A stretch of 64,000 nucleotides of DNA from Adineta vaga (lineage: Eukaryota > Animalia > Rotifera): the NCBI GenBank assembly GCA_021613535.1, contig CP075494.1:16866520-16930519 (forward strand), given 5' to 3'. Below are positions 40,042-53,100 of the stretch, piece by piece. Numbering within the stretch: position 1 is the first letter of the stretch; every line of letters starts with the position of its first letter. The translations under genes and the position numbers were made by a program. The notes beneath the pieces were generated by a model, which was given only the letters and a program-made list of their open reading frames with translations, was not told where the DNA came from and did no database searches.

Positions 40042-40188
40042 ATCCACTGCTACAGGATAACAGGAATTGAAATTATTCATTTTGCATTTTTCTCGATTCG
40101 TAATTTGTTATCGATAAACAAATTGCCAGGAGAAGAAAATGCAAAACGAATAAAAAATCAATTCTTCTTATTCTATAGCAGTGGACTT
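40042..40188. repeat. Imperfect inverted repeat (MITE remnant)
   Basis: TCCACTGCTA..GAATTGA..TTTTGCATTTT vs AAAATGCAAAA..TCAATTC..TAGCAGTGGA. Confidence 0.55.
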
Positions 40189-41028
40189 CTGGTATACCTT
40201 GAAATTAGTCCGAGTTCTAACCTTCTTTAACAGAACAGAATCTTCGGTCTAACAGAAACTTGAGGCTTGTCTCTGGACTCGAAATAAAGATCCTTAAGGC
40301 AAATATTCTATTGTAAAATGTTCCCCTACAACGTATCTGCCGCAAAAATTCTATAATACTGTATTATCGTAATGATCCAAGGCACGCAACTTAAATAATA
40401 GGGTCTATAGGAGATCTAGGTCAGGAAAAACATGCGATAGATATGCTTTTCATTTTGCTGTAATAATAGTTATTCCCGTAAATCTATCTTCAGATACACT
40501 CTAAATAAAAAAGGTAAGGTGACCAAACCCATCAAAAGGGTTTCGTAGATTTCAATAGCTTCAGAATGGTTTGAAAAATCGGAAGACTTGGTCTTCAAAA
40601 TCTACGACACCTAAAAAGGATCTGACCGCGGGTACACGCTCCGAACCATCGTCTACGAAACCTTTTTGAGTTTTGTACAGCGAAAAAAAGGTTCTGTCAG
40701 AAAGTACGAAACCTCGGGGTTCAGCACTGTGTACATATACGCTTGAGTGTTAAATGAGTTCTCAAGTTTGAGCTTCCCGTTCCTCCAATATTGTGCCATA
40801 GAAATAGACAGTACATCATTACAAATCACTTGGCATATGCCACTAACTATTCTCGCTGCCATGTGCACCCAGCTGCGTGTAGGAGATCCCCATCTATAAC
40901 CCGACATCAGTTTTTTCAGGATAAATATGTATATCACCTTTATATATCCTATGTACGAAAACTTCCAAATCCATCATAGATTTCTTAGAGAATTCATAAA
41001 AAACCCAAAAACTTCTTACCAACCCAAT

Positions 41029-44000
41029 GTATTCATTGATTTACTTCATCTGTTAGCTATCTCCGATGATATGCGGTATAAACCAATTTCGATCCCTCTA
41101 CCATCTGTACAACAAGAACGAAGATCACTTTTTAATCACACACAATGGAAATCAAACGCCAACGAAAAGTTGCTTCATCTACTTGTCAACGACAGAACTC
41201 AACAAACACCTGATGCTTGGGCTATTCTTTCATCCACTGAATCTTTAACATATAAACAACTAATGAATCGTGTTTATTCATTGGCTTATCATTTACAGCA
41301 ACAAGGAGGACAACCAAACCAACTCATTGCTATTCTCATGAGAAAAGGTTGGGAACAAGTTGTTGCTTGTTTAGCTATCTTGGTTGCAGGTGCTGCATAT
41401 TTACCATTGGATATTGATTCTCCACAGGATCGACTTTGTGCACTAATTGAAGAAACGAATGTAAAAATTATCCTAACACAATCTCATTGTCATCACGCAA
41501 TTCCACATTTGGTAACTATTCCAGTTGATACATTCACATTTGACGACTATCCAAAGCCCTTTCCAATACGACAACAACAGTTGACTGATTTGGCATACGT
41601 GATTTATACATCTGGTTCAACTGGAAAACCAAAAGGTGTTATGATTAGTCATCAAGCTGTTCTCAATACTATTCTTGATATCAATACTAGGTTAAATCTC
41701 ACTTCAAATGATCGAATATTTGCATTGTCTCATCTAAATTTTGATTTATCTGTTTATGATATATTTGGAATGTTAATCGCTGGTGGAACTATTGTTATTC
41801 CAGATCATGAACATTATAGAAATCCTCAACATTGGTATGATATGATGGTTCAACATCATGTTACCATTTGGAATAGTGTTCCAATGTTGATGCAAATGTT
41901 AGTTGAACATTTACAACATACTTCTAATTATAATCAATTACGGCATGTTTTATTAAGTGGTGATTGGATACCATTATCTTTACCAAAATCAATACAAACA
42001 ATATTTGGTGAAGAAGTAACAATAACTAGTCTAGGTGGTGCAACCGAAGCATCGATTTGGTCAATTGCTTTTACTTTACCAAAAGAAATACCGCAAGAAT
42101 GGAAATCAATTCCTTATGGAATGCCCTTAAGAAATCAACAATATTATGTTTATGATACAAATCTTGATGATTGTCCTGAATGGGTTGATGGTGAGCTATA
42201 CATTGGTGGCATAGGTGTTGCTGATGGTTACTGGAACGACGAAGAGAAAACACGATCAAGTTTTATTATTCATCCACAGAATGGTCAGCGTCTTTATCGA
42301 ACAGGTGATTATGGTCGATTTCATCCAGATGGATACATTGAGTTCATCGGACGAAAAGATTTTCAAGTCAAAATTCATGGTCATCGTATTGAACTTGGTG
42401 AAATCGAATACCATCTACAACAACATTCTGACATTCATCAAGCTATTGTTACTGTTGATAAGTCATCACAATACTTGATTGGATATATTATGCCAGAGAA
42501 ATATTTTATATCTAATGATGATTTTGATCAATCAAATATATTAATTACTGATCCTATTGACCGCACTAATTTTAAACTTGCTAGACACGGAATACAACAC
42601 GACCATGAAGTCAAAAAGAGCTATGCACTCACGAAACCAAAACTAACAGAAACATTCATTAATACATATTATGCAAGAAAAAGTTATCGACAGTTTACAA
42701 ACGAAATCATTGAAAAGTCTACTATTGAACATTTGTTGAACAAATGTTGTCTGACCAAGAAAAATGTCAACCAAAGATTTCTGCAAAGCTTCAATTTCGA
42801 TAATCTTAGTCAGTTATTATCGATATTGACACCAATTAATATTTACAATCATCCCTTGCCAAAATATCGCTATGCATCAGCAGGAAGTCTTTATCCTGTT
42901 CAAGTATATATTGAGCTTCATACATCAATAGATGATATTTCTCCTGGTATCTATTATCATAATCCGGACACACATACTCTCGAATTAATCGATAATTGTG
43001 TTCATGATGAGAATCTTGGTATAAGATTACATCTTGTTGGACGATCATCAGCCATTGCACCTCTATATGGGAAAACATTAGGTTGTCAATTTTGTATAAT
43101 TGAAACAGGATATATGATGGGATTACTTCAACAAGAAGCATCTAAATTGGGATTCATATTTTCAAGATTTATGCATAATGAAGAGATAGATGGACATATT
43201 ATCAACTTAGATGAGAACGATACTCATCATTGTTTTACAATTTCATCTGTTCAACAAGACATTGCTAATGATAGTGACTATCTTCAATATATTGTTTATC
43301 TGAAATCTGTTGACTATAACAAAGATCAATGGTTTATCTATGACAAAAAAGATAGTACTCTTATCTCTTTCGATATAGAATTAGATGTAATAAAAGAAGA
43401 TGTTCCACTATTTTTGATCATGACGATACGAAAATTATTTTCAATGATTGTCAATGCGCAATCTTCTATATTGGACAATCTGAGCACGGATTACAAGCTG
43501 GTATGACATCGCATTTATTAATGGATGGTGGTTTAGAAATGAATATTGGTATGTGTCCAATTGGTACTCGTACAAATTTACCAGTGAAAATTAATAAGAC
43601 ATTAGATAACATACTCACTTATTGTGGATCGAACAAAGGGAACATGTTATTGCATATAATGTTCATGGGAAAGATTCGTGATGAACAAAAATATGAACGA
43701 GCTATTTCGACTGTGAAATCGACACCAGATTATATTGACACACTCAGGACATACTTAAGAGAAAATCTCCCAAGTTATATGATACCATCATATTTTATGA
43801 CTCTTTCAACATTTCCATTGAGTCCAAATGGGAAAATCGATCGGAAATCTTTACCAGAAATATCGACATTCGATCTTCAGAAAGAAGATACATATATAGC
43901 ACCAACTACTGAACTAGAAAAGACAATTGCGGACATTTGGCAAGAATTATTCGATAGAGATCGAATAAGCTTGACGGACAATTTTTTCGAACTTGGTGGC

Positions 44001-44190
44001 AATTCTTTGCATATTATGCACCTCTTTCGGCGGTATATGAGTGATTTTTACTTAGAAACAGATAGATTTGCGATTTTGGATCTCTTTGAATACCCAACTA
44101 TTATTAATCATGCTGAACTTATCTATCAGAATCTCCAGCATAAAGAAAACGTAAATGATTATTCTTGGCGTGCATTGCATCTTACTCAAG
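41029..44190 (+). other. NRPS module 1: Cys-activating A domain with embedded FMN-dependent oxidase, then T domain
   Basis: FDLSVYD, WNSVP, LLSGDWIP and SLGGATEASIWS give pocket code DLYNLSLIWK. Insert between A8 and A9 contains RKSYRQF, PKYRYASAGSLYPVQVY, GIYYHNP, ETGYMMGLL and IGMCPIG. T motif is DNFFELGGNSL. Confidence 0.9.
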
Positions 44191-47100
44191 GTAATAAGAA
44201 TTTCTATGGTTTTCATTAGTTACCTCATTCATGTTCTGTTTGTTTTTTCGCTCTAGCTCTAGCGTCATTTGCTCAAGAGCGTATCTTTATGGATGAGACG
44301 ATTCGTTTTGCATCAAAAACAAATCGTAACATGTATGCAATTCCATTGTTTTATCGTCTTTCATCTGCTCATAATCATATATCAACATATCGATTTCATC
44401 ATGCGTTTGAAACTGTTGTTCGAAAACATAGTATTTTGCGAACGGTACTGTATCTTGATATAAATGGAACTGTGATACAACATTGTTTGGACGAAAGTGT
44501 TATCAGTCATAGTAGGAAAACATTTGAGTTTTGTATGGTTAAAATTGTTGATGAGGACCATGATATCAATGAAATGGTGAATAAAATACTAAATCAAACG
44601 GACTTATTCGACTTAGAGAAAGGACATGTTATTCGTTGTCATATTCTTCGTCGATATTCTTCAAATAAACATGATTCAGTCGAGAATGATGATCTGTTGA
44701 CGACAGATGATTTCATATTAATCAGCGCTCATCACTCAGTATTTGATGGAGCATCCGCTGCAGTCTTCATTCACGATCTTTCTCTTGCATATGAAAGCAA
44801 TGATTCGTTATCTATGGATGAAGATAGATTGCAATATATAGATTATTCTATTCAGGAACGTTTAATGGATATGACATTATCTCGTGAATTTTGGCTTTCA
44901 CAGTTACAAGGGTACAACATGAAACATTCACTACCTTTACTAATTGATCAACATCGCTTCTCAACTGATCAAAGATCAGGTTTAGCTTTCAGAAATCAAA
45001 TCATTTTTGATGATGAAATAACTTCATCATTTATCAATTATGCGTCAAGACATCATTTGACCTTGTTTCAACTTGGATTAGCTATATTTTATGTATTTTT
45101 ATTTAAATTATCTCATGGTCAAACAGATTTATGCATCACTACTGTCAATGCGAATCGGTATCGGAATGAATTACAAAAGATGATAGGCATGTTTGTTTCA
45201 ACATTACCATATCGTATTCATCTGCATCCTTATTCGTCACTTGATGAATCTGTTAAATATATTCAGGAGAAATGTTTATCAATTCTTGAACATTCACATT
45301 ATCCATTACAACGCATTCTTACTGATTCCCATCTAAATCAATCAAATACTCCTTTTCTCGAAACAATGCTTGATTTTGTCACTGTTTCATTGGACATCAA
45401 TCAACTCTCATTCGATGGTGCGCCTTTAAAAGAAGTACTTCTAGATAGCTTCTCTGAAATAACTAAGTTCGACTTCACAATCACATTTTTTTACAATCCA
45501 ATATCAGCCGATAATAAATTGTCTTGTTCTTTTGCGTGTTCTCGTGATTTGTTTGAAGAAACAACAGTTGAACAGATGGGTCGAAGATTTCAATATCTTT
45601 TTGAACAAATATTTCGAGCAAAATCAAGTGCTGTTACGATGAATCCAACAATGATATCAATGAACAGATTTTCTCTTATTCTGCCTGAAGAAGCTGACGA
45701 AAGGCAAGGAATAAATTTCCATAGACTGAAGAATGTTATTAATGAAGGTATGTGGTTAGATATTAGTTTTTCAAAAATACCAGTTACTTGGAGGTTCAAA
45801 GTTGTTACTTTCATCATTTTATTCAATAGTACTAATTCAAAAAAGTATCTGCCTGATAGTTTTCTCAGAAACAAAATCCTTGATATATCTGATGACATGA
45901 TGAGGAAAAGTGAATTGCCAGCTGCGTAAACTGTAACTTTGAAGTTCATTTTGTTGTCCGTCCTAGTTTTGTGATTGTAAGCGAACGATAGACTTCTATA
46001 GCTGAAGGCCATAGACCGACCACTATGTGACTTTAAATTAGTTAACTAATCAGCACTCAGATGGGTCCGATGAGGTTAAACCAATCCCTATTTTTCCTCG
46101 AACCCGTTTTTGGTCCCAAGCGATGCTTCATCCAGATCAGAATCGAAACCGGGACGGAATCGATCTTTTCAGAACATGTTCAATTATTTCATATCGAAAT
46201 ACTGCTTTTGGTTTAGTCAAAAACTCAATATAATTTTCTGTGAAAACAAAACTAGAAAAACTTGAGTAAACTTTATAAAAAAAAACAATTTTCTATGGAA
46301 ATCAATCAATAAGGTAGAAATAAACCAGTAATGATCAATCTTTGAATTCAACTACCCTTGTTACGCTATGATTATTGTTGATTCGATGTTTCTCGATGTA
46401 AAAGAAGGTATCTATTATTTACCTTTATGTTCGTTATCAGATCCATATCGGTTGACTTTTGTTTTTAGTTATCTTCAACTATTTCTTTTTTTCCACTGAA
46501 TTGTTTTGATCTATGAAGACTCTTGTGACGAAAAATAAGTTTGTTACGCTTTTCTGCTCCAAGTCGAATTCGGTATCTATCATTGCAATTCTGGAGAATG
46601 AAAACGATTTTTTACTTCACTATTCGAAAGTGGTATGGCTAATAGTTTATGTCAAGTCACCGTCCAAACCTAGGGGGAAAAAGCGCTACTCCAATACTTT
46701 GCCCATACTCCATTGTACTCCACTATACTCCATCTCTACTCTAGCAAGAGAAAACAGTTGATATTTCAGTTTTACAAAATATGTTGGAGTACGAGTGGAG
46801 TAGACTGGAGTAGGGTGGAGTATAGCTGGAGTATTAGTGGAGTAAGCTGGAGTATCACTGGAGTAGACTGGAGTAGATGGGAGTATTGCTGGAGTAAGGT
46901 GGGGGTATCGGAGTATCGCTTTTTCCCCCTTGGTCCAAACTGTAATTATGTCTTATCCCAGATCCAAGAATGAGCGCGTCCAATGTCGGATTGAGTGAAA
47001 CTTTTTACCTGCAACTTCAATTTGTTAATAAATCGATGTCACATTAAGATTCTAGTTCATTTACTTTGATGAATCGATAGATATTTAATTTATGCAACCG

Positions 47101-50100
47101 TCACCGGACCATTTAGGCTTAACTCGATATAGTTATAGACAGTTTTGTTCACAAAACTAGATTTTGTGAAAACTCTTCATAACTCTCCGATTTTGAAATA
47201 ATTTTTTCCACCACTGATCGTAAGACCAATGAAGCTATGGTCTCATCACATTTTACTAACAAGAATTGGAATCTGACGTTGCTCTCAGGACTAATCCAAG
47301 TTTTAAGTAAAAGGTTTTATCAATCCCACATTAAACACTTCCATTCTCAAAAATAAGATTCACTTAGACTAATCCGAGATTGGATGTAATTGCCGTTTGG
47401 ACGCTCACATATATATGGGGACATTAGTGCATATGAGAGGTCCAAGCAGGCCAGCATTTTGTAGGCCTGGCCTGCCTATAAAACAGGCCTACAGGTTACT
47501 TAGTCTGCCTGCGCCTGTCATTTTCTTCGGCCTGCTTGTGAAGATCTGACTATTTTTTTCATACCAGCAATATATTTGTAATAATAAGAGAAACTTCACT
47601 TTTCAATTGTACTGAAATTCCCGAGATCAAAATTAACTAATTAGATGATTACACTACAGTTTTTACAAGTAAAAATGAATGAAACATGGATACTACCTAT
47701 GTAACATGTCTTGTTGTTGCTTCATTTTTAGAATAATCAAAGACTTAAAGTAAAACTTTGAAAAACTTTTCTTTTAAAAGACTCTTCAGTTGTTGAAAGT
47801 CAAGAAACGTTTAGAGTGACTTAAAGGAAGCATAAACTAAGAAGTAACTAATCTGCAGAAAAAACAGGTCGGCAAAATTTTAGTAACTATTAGCAGTCAG
47901 ATGTTGACATAGAGCAGCGAGGTTTTCAACAGAATGTTGCTCCGTAGATCACACAATAATTGGCGTTTACAAGAAAAAAGAAAGAGACACAACGACATCA
48001 ACATAGAGATAAATCGATTTTTTAATTTACGAACATTGTCGATAAATCTGACCGATAAAAACATCTCTTAGAATATTTTGATCAACAGACAATAGGTCAT
48101 CATTAATTGCTGAATTTGTCTCAGAAAATGTGGCTTCATCTGGGTTGAAATAACCGGAAATGAAAATATTGACTAGTGTGTAATGATGAATAAATGTACT
48201 TGTGTCGATGAATTTCCGATAATGATAAGAGCTTTGAATATTTATAAGTATTTTCCATATTATTCTGAAATATCTTCCTACTTTCTCCCATTCGAATACC
48301 ATCCTGAAAAATACCTTATTTTCACCTTTTTTACTGGTTAGACAAGAAATTTATATGGTAAAACTTCGATGTAAAAATATAAGAAGATAGGCCAAGCAGC
48401 CTGGTATTTTTAAGCAGTCTGCTTGACCTGCTGAAGGGATCGGCCTGGCCTACCTGGTAGAGGCAGGCTTGAAAAACACGGCCTGTGCCTCTCACAGACA
48501 GGCTTTATGGCTTACTTGGGATCCTGGCGCATATGAACCTGAAGATCCCTTACTGGAGCCATATTCACATCTTCCTATATTTCCCAGATTAGTATGATAT
48601 GGCATCTAACTGATTCAAATTCGAACTTTAGGATAGAAGTTTTGACATGAGCTTTCCACCGACAAATCATAACACTAGCGGAATTTTATCAAATACTGTT
48701 TGATGCGATACACGTGCTGGAAAATTATTGCTTGAAAATTTAGAAAAAAAACGGTAGTAGACGGAGTTAGGACGGGTTTCCCTGTTAGAAAGGAGGATCG
48801 AGGTCCGGGCGGGTTCGTTCCGCCGAAACATGATCGGATCAGGACAACAAAGCCAATTCCGCTGGGTCCTACCGAGAACTTTTATTTTTCCTCTAAATCT
48901 CAATCTGCTTCTCTTAGAGAATGGGTCCAACAATGAAACCCATTGAAAAGATCACTTTTGCTGAAACAAAAACAAACTTTTGATCTTTAAAATGAAAGAT
49001 ACATTCAATATACGAACTAATTAATCAGCAAAATCAGATTTTGAATGTTTTATTTTTGGAGCCATCTACGAGGCGAAGCAGAGTTAGCTTTCCGAGGAAG
49101 AACGAAGATTCTTGGGCAACTTTGAGAACTATATAAATTGATTCGGTTTTTCTTTTGTATAGATTATAAAGGACCAAAATACATGGTGATTCAAAAATGT
49201 TGAAAACTTCAACCGTAAAATATGATTTTCTCTTCAAATTCAAGACCATTTAGTAGATAATTTCCTTAACTTTCAGTTTCATCAATATCTTCACTCTTAT
49301 ACTATTTTCGAAACAGTCGATCTTACTTTAGATCAGATATCAGCTTGCAAAAATAGTTTTTCAATAATTCCAGAAAAAGACCCATGATTGTACAATATCA
49401 TTTCGTTTCTTTATATTTTCATTTTACATTTAATATTTAATTTTATAGTGATATTTAGAGACAGTATATAAAGCAAATATGAAATTGAATTCTCAAATAA
49501 TCTCCTTCTATGTTGTGTTGAAAATCATCCAATGTTGTATGGTCCCATAGTAGGGCTATTTGGGACCATAAAAACATTGGCTTACTTCTGTAAGAAGGAA
49601 CCTATTTGAGAAAAGTGATATTGCTTGACATATCACTGGGTCTAACCTATAAAATTATTATATAAAAATGGTACCTTCGCGGGGGGTGGGGGCAGATTTG
49701 ACCCCTTAATCGGCGGTGTCCTTTATAAATTCTTTCACCAAAATATGAAGCAAATCAAATGAAAACTATATAGCTACACAGAATAGTCAATGCACTATCC
49801 AACCACATAAAAATAAAAACTTTACTGAAGCGTTATAGGAATACACTTAGCTAAAGAAAATGAGCAAAAACGGATGAATCAATCTAGAAAATTCGAATGA
49901 TTCGTACGGACAAATGGTGGAAAAAATGATCTAATCAGTGCTAGATAGCATGAAGTGTATCACTCTAAAAAAGAAGCGCAGAATAATATACCCTTAAAAA
50001 GGGTTTATTAACCTTATAAGTTATAGGAAGGGTATTTTATACGTTGCACTTTCGTATACCCTTAAAGGGTTCATTAACTTCATAAACCCTCGAAAACCGC

Positions 50101-53100
50101 TTTTCTTTTCTACGTATCTTCTAAAGCGTACATGAACAAACCTTTTAAGGGTACATGAATGCTCATTTACCTTAAAGGGTTTATGAAAGTGCAACGTATA
50201 TGAAACCTTTACTAAAGTTTATGAAAACAAGGGTTTATGAGAGGGTACCTTACGTTCATAAACCTAAAAAGGGTTCATGTCGCGACCATCAATCCTTTTC
50301 GAGGGTTTGTAATTCGACGCTTTTTTTTTTACAGTGTAGTCTTGCTCAATATACTCCGCATCCTCTGATAACCCTATTGTAGTGGGTTCAGAACCAGGGG
50401 AAACAGCGAACTTTAAGCACAAAAGTCTTCAAAAGTACGAAAGTAGTTCCTAGTACATTAAAGTAGCTCAAAGTACATCAAAGTCACTTAAAGTACGTTG
50501 AAGTACGTTAAAGTACAGTAAAGTATAGTTGAAGTACCTTAAATTATGCTAAAGTATGACAAGGTACGTTAAATTACGATAAACTAGGCTGAAGTACGTA
50601 AAAGGACTCGTAATATCGTTAAACGGCTGTTAACCTAAGAAAAAGATCAGAACAATAGTATGAAAAATGAGATAAGATATCCTGGATTAGGATTCGACTA
50701 TTTCCCAAAAATATTTGCCTATACCTTAGATCTAGATAGATCTCGGTGAGCTCTATCAAATGGCTACCTTACGTTTCCAGGAAAACTCTTCGTTCACGTA
50801 GAAAATCTCAAAATACTACCGAAAAAATCAACAGAAATGTGGGTGAATTCATTGGAAAACGTACCATATTTACATCGACCTTCTCAAAGTTTGCTCAAAC
50901 TTACAGGGTTTGTACTCTGTAAAAAAAGAGTTTTACCGAACCTGTATCCAGGGGAAGATCCTTTGCGGTTTAGTACCGATTTGCCAAACTAAAAAAAGAT
51001 CGTTGAACATTCAACCAAGTGTTTTTTGGTTCAGTAAATCGCTACGAAACCTCAAAGGATCTTCCCCTGCATACAGGTTCGGTAAAACTCCTTTTTTTAG
51101 AGTGTAGAGATCGCTGAGGTGTTCGTTTTTGTATAAAATTCTCCTAGATTTGTATCTGGTTTGATTGAGAAATATTCAAAATACAGTTAAGCCAACTTGC
51201 CATAAAACATGCTAAATTGAGCCGTTGGTTAACAGTATTTTCTATGTTTTACCCTTATTAAGCCTTCCCCTCAGAAACGATTCCCACTTAGAATGGGTTT
51301 TAGGGCTGAAAGTTTTAGGAACAAGTGACCCTATAGTGAGAAACGCTTCTGGCAAAAGCCTCAGCTCGATCGGTCACACTATATCAGACTTACAGCTGAT
51401 TCATTGACCATTTTTGGCCTCAAGAAAATTGCTATAATTCGGCTACGGTCGAGGCACGGGACTAGGGCTAGGCTCAGACTAAAGCCCATGTCAAGACGCA
51501 TCTTTTCATCAGACAGAATTTTGAAATTCCTTATTGTTCATTTTTTATGACGAAGTTACGTTTTTTTTTGAAAAATTCGACTTTCTGAGGGGGGTCCTTA
51601 ATATAGATATTTTATGGTAAATGCAAGGGAGAAAAGCAATACTCCGTACTCCAATACTCCACCTTACTCCAGCAATACTCCAGTCTACTCCAATAATACT
51701 CCAGCCTACTCCAGTGATACTCCAGCTTACTCCACTAATACTCCAGCTATACTCCACCCTACTCCAGTCTACTCCAATCATACTCCACTCGTCCTCCAAC
51801 ATATTTTGTAAAACTGAAATATCAACTGTTTTCTCTTGCTAGAGTAGAGATGGAGTATAGTGGAGTACAATGGAGTATGGGCAAAGTATTGGAGTAGCGC
51901 TTTTCCCCCTAGGGTGAATGCCTAAGTAAATGGTGATCTAATGACAGCAAATTCCACTTTTCTTAGCCCAGTATACGATTTTCAAAAAAGTGTCAGGTGA
52001 AAAGTTCCATCTGGTCGAGACCTTTAAAACAAAAAAAATATCGACTCTAGCTGAAACAGGTCGGGAGTTATTCCACTTTTTCTGACTAAAACCTACGTTT
52101 TCAGGAAACGTTTAAAAAGGTTTTAGAGTTGGCTTTTTGATTCAAAGCCACAAAAAACATAAAAATCATATATATAGATCCAATGTTTAGAATAAACTTT
52201 AAGTACGCATTTTCCATGCTTATTCACAATAGAACTTTAGTGATTTACATCAAATTGATTTATATGATTTTGTTTCGAATATGAAAACTTTCCAAACTCA
52301 TAGAAATTTCGAAAAAAAACATGGTGGTGAAACCCAAGTTTTCCCAATCATTCGTTTAATTTAGCTGTTTCATGAAAACACTACATATATTCTGAAAAAG
52401 GAGATTTTTTTTCGTATCTTTCTATATATAAAATCAACTTCTCTTTTTCTCAGAAAACTGAGTTTTTTGAAGAGGGTGCCTTAAAAAGCGGAATATCAAT
52501 TATTTCTTTATATTTTTATAGACCGTCTTTCGTTCAATCGTATCATATACAAATCAAATAATTGAACTTAAAAGAGCAACCTTGCAGTAGCGCGAACCTT
52601 CATAAACTTGCGTCCCCCATAGCACCGTCTTGCTAAATTGAGGTTGACTAGTGCTATAGTAGGTTTTTTAGAACGTCGCTTGTTCTATCTTCTGCTATAT
52701 TAGGGATATCGCCCTGTTTCGGTTTTCAATCGTTATAGAATCTGAGAGCGTATGTCTATTTTCTGGACCTGAGTTTGAATTTAAGCAGGTCTGGTGCGGG
52801 CGAAAGTGTAACGTACAACTCAAACCAACACCCTACGTCGTCCACGCTCACCCGTAATTCAGAAATGGTCTTGTACAAAGTGGTACGTTTTCTATGGGTT
52901 CACTTTGTAAAAAACTCAGTAAAGTCCATGACAATTCGCCTACTCGTTAGACTATCCAACGAAACTTCGCATATCGATAGATTTCGACGTGTTCTGTCTC
53001 ATACACACCTCATTCGTTCTACTCGAGTGAGTTATAAAAGGAAAAACGTTTTTGGGGTGTGAATATGAGTATAGTGCTATCCGTGACCCAAGCTCGCACC

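Noticed and set aside
46713-46973. Trp/Ser-rich ORF (GVDWSRVEYSWS...) and its counterparts at 51545-51842
   Set aside because: Translations of the GGAGTA/TACTCC sub-terminal repeats of a MITE with TIRs and TSD; not genes.
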